NCBI RefSeq assembly: GCF_009914755.1
Contig: NC_060936.1
Strand: one strand, 5' to 3'
Length of the DNA: 64,000 bases
Source of the DNA: the human T2T-CHM13v2.0 reference genome, Homo sapiens
Positions 27,896-37,712 of the stretch are shown one piece after another. Below the pieces are notes generated by a model that ran no database searches, was not told the origin of the DNA, and saw only the letters and a list, made by a program, of their open reading frames with translations. A program made the translations under genes and the position numbers. The first letter of the stretch is position 1; each line of letters begins with the position of its first letter.

Positions 27896-30800
27896 TATTC
27901 GTGAGCCTTCACTAAGTATGGAGTGCATGATTTCTGCTTGCCCCTCTTCCCTCCATTTCCTTCTTTATTGGGATGTTTGAGAAGATTAATGTATCACATA
28001 TAATGAGAATTTAGGATGGCATTGTTTAGGACACAGGACTGCAAAAAAGGGAAGTTCCAGCACAGATATTTTCCTGCCTCTTTTCTTATTCCAGATTTCT
28101 CACTTTCTGGGGAATTAGCTGTAGGATATAATGCACATTAACAGGACACCCAAATACTTGAAGAGCTAATGGAGAAGTAACCCTTACTCCCTTGGTGACT
28201 GCTTTCGTCTCAAAGCACATGTGTTCATTATAAAATGTTAATGTATTTACACCATAGTTGCTGTACATTTAAAGGTTTACTGTGCTTTAAGCTAAAACTA
28301 GCTGGATATCAAATGTGCTTTTAATTGAAAAGTGGTTATTTACTGCTTTCCATAGGAATCCACAATATGATTTTTTCATTGCAAACCCTCCTAGTATCTT
28401 TAAAATGCAATTCAGTTCACAAACATTGATTTGCATTCAACGTTTTTCAGAAGCCTAAATAGAGTGCAAAATGAGGTCCACCTGCAAGACTACAGTTATT
28501 ACTTCCTCCTTTTTCTTGGAAGCATCCATGCATTGTAAATTCTGTTTGTGTGGCATCAGCCAACTACATTATTAACATCACCAGGAGGAATTAAAATGTA
28601 TCATGTTATAGGATCAAAAGTTTCACATTCTGAATCAATGCCAGTATAAAAAGAATGTCCAGACCCTTCCGTCTGACTACAGTCGGCAGGGATCCCCGCC
28701 CCAGCAGCCATGTGACTCACTTCGCATTGTGGTGAGGGTCACTCATGGCTCATACGGGCCTGCGGCCCGATAGGCCTCCCCATGGGGCAGCATTTAGCCT
28801 TTTCAAAATCAGCTTAGGATCACAGACCCTCAGGTCTTGAAGGAACTTTTTGGAGTTTCCTCTATTAAACCCAGTTTTAATCTGGTCATTTAGACTGCAT
28901 GTCTAGAAACACTACAGCATTTTTAGTAGTAAACTGAAATAAATCTTCAAATAAACGACTTTAACATTTTGCACATTGGTCCAGGGGCAGAAGAGCTCGT
29001 CTGTTGCCTTTTAGGAGGGCTCTAATCTTTTTCTGTTTCAGCTCATCGGGTCCTCATTGTCCCCTACTGTATGTGCCCAGCACAATGTCAGGGCACATTT
29101 CTACACAATGTTGGATTCCAGCTGATCCTCCGTGTTAATCCATTCGTTAGTGCCAAATTGCAGGGTTCCTTGCCAAGCCCGTCAGCACAATCAGAGCTTC
29201 TGAAGTCAGGTACCTCAATTACATTAGTTCAGTTGTCTCATTAGCCCCCATGCATCATCCAAACTCATCATCAAACGTGTTTTCCTTCATTATTGTTGTC
29301 ATTTTCTTAATACCAGTCTTGTTGAAAAAGGATTGTTTTAGATACAATTTTGCCTAACTTGTTTCATCTCCAGAATACAATCCTAAATAGAGCCAAGATT
29401 TGCCGGAGAGAGGAGATAGCGGTTGAGGCTGGTGAAGCTTCCCTCCGGTTAGAATTAGAGAGAAGTGGATGCAGAACTTGGGCCAGTAATGGACCCATCC
29501 ATCTCCCTAGTCAAGAGGACATTCTTGCAGCCAGAGGTGGTTCCGCTTTGGAAATGATCTACTTTGTGTAAACCGGTGCATCACAGATACTGTTAGAGTA
29601 TCTCACAGATACTGATACAGCATGGTCTGCATTTTGTAGATATGAGGGCTCTCCCTTAGGTTTACAGCCGGATAAAGGAGCTCCACTTACCTGGTGATCA
29701 CAGGCATGTGGTCCACCCTGCTGGGCTCTAGGACTTTGAACATAGAGAAGGCTATCTTTTAGGAAGACTGCAGGATCAGGAGTCGGGAAGCAGGGATTCT
29801 GCTTGTAGTTTTACATCTAGCAGTAACAACTTTTAGCCCATCCCTCACCTACTCTGTGCCCTGGATTTCTTGGCTTTAACATAGCAAAAGCCTCTCTTTA
29901 TAGTTTTCCTAACTCCATCTCTCCCCAAAAAGCTGGAGATGTAAGTTTTAAATTCCAGTCCTTGGCACATAGTAGGTGCTCAATCTCTCATCCTTCTGTC
30001 CTTCAAGATAGCCGATGGCTCAGCCATATATGTTCCAGACAGGTCTCTCCGTGTCTTTTGGGAAAGCCTTGTTGCTCTCAGACTGGCCTCTAGGCCTCAT
30101 GTTTTCCCACTTGCTCTTGCCTTCAGTGTTAGGTCATGGGCTTGCCTCATTACCTGTTTCAAGGAGGCCTCTATTTGATCCCTGGAGCATCCCTGGGAGT
30201 CTGAGGCCTTTAAGGACTCCTGTGGTCTCAAGGAAAAAGAACTATAAGTAGTTCTCAGGCTCCCTTGATCAATTCAAAGTCATCTTCAGCTCTTCCAGTG
30301 CAGCCCCTCCAGAGCTGTTGAACGCCACCTTTTTCCTCTTTTGGGAAACCCACAAAACCTTGCATGGGGTTGTGCTCTGTATGGTTTTCCAGCATCAAAT
30401 TCACTCATCAAAAGATGCATCAGGAGGGTGGAGGGGGTGGCGCCTGGGGTGAGGGTCAAGCAAGGAAGGCCAGAATGCCTGTTTGCATTCGCAACGGGAA
30501 CATTGGAAGTTCGGGTGGAAAAACAATCCCACCGGCCTTTATTTACCACAGTGGGTAGCCTCGGGAGGAGGGGGAGCTGGGTGGGAAAGGAAGACAATAG
30601 AATGCTGTGTTGCCTTGCTGTAAAAGCTTGCTCTAAGCAAATAAAGTGGCAAGCTCAGTCAGAGCCCTGCTCAATTAGCCCCAGTGCTTAAAGGAGGGTC
30701 TCCCTGCAGCTGTTGGCGGCGGGCGGGCTGGAGCAAAGGCAGGCGCACTCTGGGGCACTCGGGAGGCGAACCGGCAGGAATCTTGCATGGGAGCTGACCC

Positions 30801-31556
30801 GGGAGGGAGACCAAAGGACCCTCCAACCTGATCCCAGTCCCTGCTTCTTGAACAGAGGGCTACAGAAGGGGTTGGTGGGGCCACTCTGGGGAGAGGCAGT
30901 GTGGGGAGACCACGGAGGAGGTGACCAGAAAAGTGAGTGCAAACGTTTCATGCCGAGAGTGACCGACATATGGAACGTGTTATCCGGAAGGGTTACAGGC
31001 TGGAGGAGCTCCTAGAGTTTTTCAGGGGGTGGGGTGGGGGAGGGGGAAGCCTTCAGAAACTCAAGGAGGTTTCTAAACAAAAGGAATTTGAGAAGGGTTG
31101 GAGAAATAATGAGAAATGCAAACTTGACCCAGAGTTTCTCCTTCCATCTCACGGCTTCTCCCCTGCCTGTCCTCACATGTTTCCAGTTCATGGGGACCCA
31201 GGAAGGCCACTGGAGCCCTGTGCCTGACTCCACGTGCACCTCACTGGGGGTGTGGGTGGCGGGGTAGGGAGGACCCGCAGAGCTGGCTCGCTGCTCTGTG
31301 CTGAAAGGGACCCAGAGAGCGAGAGCCCTGCCTGGCTTTAGACCCCTGTGGACTAGCAGGCTGCTAGCGCCGGGATGGTCTCTGGATGATTTACTCCGGT
31401 TCCTGCCCTTGCTGGAGGAGCAATTTGATGCCGGACTGGGAGTGAAAAACAGACTTGCCCAGGGACTCACAGTGGCCAAAGGGGAGGCTGGGAGTAGACG
31501 CAGGCTCTTGATCCCTTCTGCTTTTTGGCATCTCCCCTTCTCAGCATCCCTTGCCC

Positions 31557-32987
31557 AGCACACCACGCACACATGTACATACACACGCAGACACACACAC
31601 CAAACAGATGCACACAGAATAACAACACCACACCTACATGCACACATACACAGACATACATGCAGCACAGACACACACAGAATAACACCACACACACATG
31701 CACATACAAACAGAATAACACCACACACACACCACAGACACAGAAATAACACCACACACACATGCACATACACACACCACATACACACAGAATAACACCA
31801 CACACACATGCACACACACACAGAATAACACCACACACGCACACACACACCACAGACAGACATAACACCACACACACATGCACATACACACACCACATAC
31901 ACACAGAATAACACCACACACACATGCACACACACACAGAATAACACGATACACACATGCACATACACCACAGACACACACAGAATAGTGCGACACACGT
32001 GCACACATAGACATACACACACCACACACACAGAATAACACCAGAAACATGCACACACAGACATACACACACCACACACGGAATAACACCACCCACACAT
32101 GCGCACACACACAGAATAACACCACACACACGCGCATACACACACCACACACAGAGTAACACACACGCACACACACAGATATACACCACACACAGAATAC
32201 CACCACACACACATGCACAAATGCATACAGACATACATCACACACACAATAACATAACACACATGCACACAGTCACACCACAGATACACAGAATAGCACA
32301 CACACATGCACACACACAGACACATTCACAGAATACATATATGCACACACACACATACATACATGTACCACACAGAATAACACCACACACACATACAGAC
32401 ACACAGACATACACATACATGCACACACACTCACAGATATACTCACAGAATACACACATGCACACACATGTATAGACATACACCACACAAGCAGAATAAC
32501 ACCACACGCACACACCACACACACACACAGAATAACACCACACACATATGCACACCATACAGAGACACACTCACACCTAGACATATACACCACACTCATA
32601 CAGAGACACATGCACACACATGCATACTACACACATGCACATGCACACACAAAAACATACATACACAGACATCACACATGCATACATATACACAACACAC
32701 AGACACACCCACGGGCTTACACAGACACCACACACACGTAGATATGCACACAGCACACACACACACAGAGAAACAGACACACTCGCAGGCATACATGCAT
32801 GCATACACACACTACACACAGACACACTCGCAGGCATACATGCATGCATACACACACTACACACAGACACATCTGCAGTCATACACAGGCACTACATACA
32901 TAGAGACATACAATGCACACTCACACACAGACACACATAGACACATGTTGTGTGCTCATGCGTACACGAGCGCGCACACACACACAC
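31557..32987 (+). repeat. ~1.4-kb degenerate CA-rich array with a recurring CACAGAATAACACCAC...CACATG motif
   Basis: Almost pure C/A alternation. About 20 recurrences of a GAATAAC-type core between ~31615 and ~32540. Confidence 0.97.
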
Positions 32988-33480
32988 TGCCTGACTTGTT
33001 TCCCACAAGACGGGTACTGGCCTGTCGCTTGTAGCCCTCCTGTCCCAGCCTGTGTTGGCCAGGGTGCCAGGCACTGCCACCCCTCTTGGGACAAGGTACA
33101 GGTGGCCAGTGTGATCACGGCCTGTTCTGAGAGCCTCTTCCTGAGCCAGGAAGCGCTGTGTGATACTGAGTGCCCGTGCCTTCGTCTTTCCCATGGTGCT
33201 GGGTCTTGGCCACCTGCTGCATTGATAGCACCCGCATGTTCACTTCCCTGGCAGTAGAAAGAAATGTAGGTTAGTGCAGGGAGGTCACTGGCTTTGGAGA
33301 TGGTGGCAGGGTGGAGCAGTCTCTAATGTGAATGGAAGTGCACATGCCCTCTGGACCTGCAGCAATGCTGGCTTCAGAGGGGCCTTCTCTGGTACCTTTC
33401 CAATTTTCCCCAACCAGGTAGAAGAGCCACTGCCCAGTGTCTTGGGCTCAGCTGAAACCCCCTGTACAAGAAAGAGACCC

Positions 33481-34020
33481 CCCTTTCCACTGTGTCTCTC
33501 TCCTCCTCCCCACTCACTGTCTCTCTGTCTCCCTCACTCCGTGTCTCTCTCCTCTCTTCTGTGTCTCTCTGCCTCTCCCTCTCTCTGTTTCTCTCTGTAT
33601 CGCTCTTTTTTTTCAATCTCTGTCTCTATCTCTCCTCCTTTCTCTTTATCTCTCTGTCTCTCCCTCTGTCTTTCTCTCTGTGTGTGTTTTTTTTTCTGTC
33701 TTTCTGCATCTCTGTTTCTGTCTCCTTCTCTCGGTTCTGTATCTTTGTCCCCCTCTCTCCCTATCTCTGTTTCTCTGTCTCAGTCCCTTTCTGTCTTTAT
33801 GTCTCTGTTTATCTCTCTCAGTCTCTGTATCTCTGTCTCTTTCTCTTTTTATCCTTTCTCTGTCTCTTTGTTCTCTATCCCTCCATCTCTCTCTCCCTCT
33901 CCCTCAGTCTCTCTCTGTCTCTTCCTTTCTCTGTCTCAGCCTCTCTCTGTCTCTGTATCTCTATCTCTTTCTCTCTCTCCCAGTCTCTCTCTTTCTATCT
34001 CTCTCTCTCTCTCTCTCTCT
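33481..34020 (+). repeat. ~540-bp CT-rich polypyrimidine low-complexity tract
   Basis: TCTCTG/TCTC repeats ending in a pure (CT)n run at ~33998-34020. Confidence 0.97.
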
Positions 34021-34314
34021 GGCACTCACTCACCCACTTACTTGAAGTCTCCATGAGCAGTGGGTGGCTTCACCTTTCTGTTTCGCCACTTTGCAGTCCG
34101 ACCCGTGGGGCTTGCAGACCCTCTTCTGGCGCACACCTTCAGGAGACCAACGGTGCCAGGGCACTCCCGTGTTCTTCAGGGTTCCAGCCCCGAGTAGTTG
34201 GTAAACATCAGTAATCGTCCTAGAGATCCACTGTAGATTCCTCATCCAGGTACTGAATGAGGCCCTTCTGAGCAAATTTAATGGAATGACCTTGGTGACA
34301 TTACAAGATGACGG

Positions 34315-34545
34315 CTCATCTCCTGTAGTCTATTATTGTTGGGCATTTAGGTTGATACTATGTCTTCACTATTGTGAGTAGTGCTGCAGTGAACATATAT
34401 GTGCATATGTGTCTTTATGAAAGAATGATTTATAGTCCTTTGGGTATATACCCAGTAATGGGATTGCTGGGTTGAGTGGTATTTCTATTTTTAGGTCTTT
34501 GAGGAATTGCTTAGGTCTTTGAGGAATCGCATTTGCGTTTTCAAA
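34315..34545 (-). mobile_element. L1PA/L1P ORF2 3' fragment
   Basis: GGGTATATACCCAGTAATGGGATTGCTGGGT. The minus-strand ORF reads EIPLNPAIPLLGIYPKDYKSF (L1 ORF2 C-terminus). Confidence 0.9.
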
Positions 34546-35439
34546 CATCATGGAGAACACAGGTCTTGAGGATGTGCAGGAACATGGAGACCAAGGAATG
34601 AAAAAGCCATCAGGTTGGAAGTGAAGTCACCCAGAGTGATTGCAGGTTTATGGACAGAAAGGAAAATGCTCTGATTCCTGGTGTCCATGAGGAAGGTGGA
34701 TGCCAATAGATGGTGCTACACAGACACTTGTGAAAGGAAGAAGGGAAAGAGTCTGCCTCCATGGGCTGAGTAGGGCTGCTGGGGCCTCAGGCTTCACACA
34801 TAGTGTCAGACATGCTGTGTTGGTCAGGTTCATCTGGGACCCCTGTGCCTCCCCCAGGAAACCCTATTGGTAGGTGTGGGCAGGCTTCCCTCCATGTGTC
34901 CTTAAATACACTGACTGCTCTGTGTGTGACTGTGGATGAGCAGCGTAGGGCTGGTCATCTGGAGGGCTGGGCTTGGTTCCAGCTCTTGTACTGATGGATT
35001 GATTGGTTTTGGGCAAGTCACTTCCCCCCATAACCTTTCCATTGTACCACAATCCTAATAGAGTTGGATGCCAGTTTCTGGCACCCTGGGCTTCACAGGG
35101 ACACAGAGAAACAGAGAGGACCAGAAAATTAGGCTGATAATAATCATTTCTTCTCTATTTGGTCTGGAGAAGAAATGACTTAGGGTTGGCACAGGTTAAT
35201 ATGTCAACTAGAAAGAACCTTTGAAAATCTTTAGTTCAAGAATTCTAAACCTAAAATCTGTGGGACACTAGGATGATTTTTATGGACTCTTTGAATCACC
35301 CTGAAATTTTTTAAAATATTTTTTCTTTATGGGCACATGTGTGGTTTTTTAGCAGAAGCATTCCTTAGCATTGATTACATTGTAAAAGGGCCAACAATCA
35401 TAAAACAATTAATTCCCCAGCATCATGTTATGTGATTCA

Positions 35440-35628
35440 TAACTGAGGGGTCTCCGCAGATGGCATTTGGAAACGTGCGGGTCCTTTTTTTCAGTTGTCA
35501 GCATGACTGGGGTCACGATGGATATTTAGTAGGTGGGGGCCTGCGTTGCATGCGTGGGGGATTAAACTTAACAATAAAAAACTGTCCTGTTTGAAATCCC
35601 AGTAGCACCCCTCTGGAGAAACACTGCT
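35440..35628. mobile_element. MER20/MER20B-like hAT-Charlie element
   Basis: GGCATTTGGAAACGTG...GTTGTCAGCATGACTGGGG...CAGTAGCACCCCTCTGGAGAAACACTG. Confidence 0.6.
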
Positions 35629-36159
35629 CAGGAACTGAGCCCCCAAGATGCACAGTGATTCTCCCGTGGCCACAAAGCTCATTAGTGGCAGAGTTGGTTT
35701 TTATTAACAGATCAAAACAGGGGATGTGCCAAGAGCCTACATTATTTTGTTTCTCATCATCAGCTGCAAATGTGCTGCAATCTGTGAAAACAAAAGAATC
35801 AGAAATCTGTCCCACCTTCAACGCTCCAGCCATTTTTAAAAATGAGTCTTTGGGTTCTTGGTTGTTTTTTACCATCAAATGAGAAATGAGGAAAGGAATA
35901 TTTTACATTTGGAGAAACTAAACCATAAACAATTGATCCCACTAGCCCCATATCACATAGATGTGTTCTTCAGCTACTGTGAATTGGTGACGCAAGCCTT
36001 AGACTGGAAATTTCCCCTTTATGTTTCAGAGGATTTGTCTTGAATGTCTCTTACTCTACAAAGAAAGAAACATTAATATACCAGCATGCTGCTTGCTACC
36101 TAGTTTACTGCAATGAAGTGGCAGGTGCCTTAGACTTTGGAGTGAAATTGAGAGATATT

Positions 36160-36410
36160 CCGCAGTATTAGCTAAGAGTTAGGCCTGTGGGATCACAGAG
36201 ACAGGGGTTTGTTCCCTGGCTCTGCCTCTTAATTGATGTGTCTTCTTAAGAAAAAGTATTTAATCCTTCTGAGCCTCAGTTTCCTTGGCTGAAAAGTGGG
36301 GATAATAATCGTATCCACAAAGATTAATTGAGATCATCCATGTGAAGTGTTCCACACAGTCTAGCATATGGGGAGGCTCAATAAATGTGAGCTGTTATTA
36401 CAAGCGATTA
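36160..36410 (+). mobile_element. MIR SINE
   Basis: TTCTGAGCCTCAGTTTCCTTGGCTGAAAAGTGGGGATAATAAT...GCTCAATAAATGTGAGCTGTTATT. Confidence 0.8.
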
Positions 36411-37677
36411 TTATGACTTGTGTCTGTGATTAAAGACAGCCTGAGGTTCAGAGTGTTTGTGCCAAAATTGCTTTCAGAGGACAAGCTCTGGGTTGGTTTT
36501 TCAGTCTTGCCCAGCTGCCCAGAGTCACTAGAGTGTTTGGGGCTGGAGTCACAGTGTTTATTAAGTGCCTACCACACACTCCAGTTTTGATGGAAGATTG
36601 GTTTTCTTCCTGTGTGCACATCCCTGCATCACTACATGAGTGGGTGAGAAGAGACTCAGAAAAGCACCAGACACATGTTTCTTCTGCCTCAGTTCCCTAG
36701 TCTGTAAAAGTACTCAAGAGCATGATGGCGGCCACAGGGAACAGAGGGGAGAGACACCTGGAGGAGCAAAAGACAGTCCCAGCTGTCAGTCTTCAGACAC
36801 CATGGTTTTCTGGAGAAGGGATCCAGACCAGACCGCCAATCAATATAGCCGCAGACCGCCAGTCAATATACCTCATCCTTGTGAAAGGCGGTTGTCTGTG
36901 TGGCAGCAGGGAGACAGGAGGGGCCATATTTGACACAAGCCTGCTGGCCAAGTCTAAAGGAGTCAGCCTGCCATCTGACCACACTTTCTGCAGCCAAGTC
37001 CTCTGGGGGCCAAATCAGTATGGTTTGAGTTTATCCCCGACTTGCTGCTATGGTTGATGCACACAAGAAAGGTTTGGCCATTGCCAAGCCAGCTGTGGTC
37101 TTGGTTTGGAAGAGGCAACCAAAGTAAGAATTGAAGGGAAGGCATGCTTTGGGATTTCCCTTAGCCTTCAACCCTCTAGAGGAAGCCAACTTCTTTATTC
37201 TGCCATTTTGAGACTCATGCTTGTCTGGGTGGATAAGATAAATACTTTCATCATTATCATCATTATTATTAATTATAATTATTGAAAATCAATTACTCAG
37301 CAGCCCCTACCTTGTAATGGTATCACTTACAGTTGTATAGCATTTTGCAGACAACGTATACACTAGACCATAAACTCAACTCGAACATAAGCATAAATTT
37401 AAAACAAAAACATTGACTTGGGCAGCTATTATCTGAGGTCAAAGTTATTCTTTAATTCCAGCTGTACCTTCAGCTGCCTATGTCGCTGAAGCAACTTCCC
37501 CTTGTGTGTTTTCACACTTAGAGATTGGAGTAATCCAGACACAGAAAATGATACCAAAATTGAAATGTTTCTGAACGTTAAATGATTCAATAATTTGAAA
37601 ATAGTTTCAAATTTTTCAAAATTCAAAAATTTGAAAATAGTTCGACTAGAGCCCATCCTCACCTCAGGTAGTTACGT

Positions 37678-37678
<1 letters not shown>

Positions 37679-37710
<32 letters not shown>
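37679..37710 (+). repeat. (GT)16 microsatellite
   Basis: 32 bp of uninterrupted GT. Confidence 0.98.

Positions 37711-37712
<2 letters not shown>

Noticed and set aside
31600-32540. CRISPR-like repeat/spacer appearance of GAATAAC units
   Set aside because: The 'spacers' are CA repeats rather than unique sequence, unit lengths vary, no cas genes are present, and the context is eukaryotic.
31012-33034. Long ORFs (437, 255, 208, 188 aa) rich in Cys/Val or His/Thr
   Set aside because: They are translations of the CA/TG low-complexity array and have no domain.
33274-34214. ORFs of 260, 240 and 202 aa rich in Ser/Leu
   Set aside because: They are translations of the CT tract, which lacks stop codons in all frames.
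34491-34530. 20-bp tandem duplication TTAGGTCTTTGAGGAAT(T/C)GC
   Set aside because: A trivial slippage duplication inside an L1 fragment.
35453-35467. CTCF-like CCGCAGATGGCA (similar partial matches at ~43812 and ~44862)
   Set aside because: Mismatches in the core positions; cannot be supported without PWM or ChIP data.
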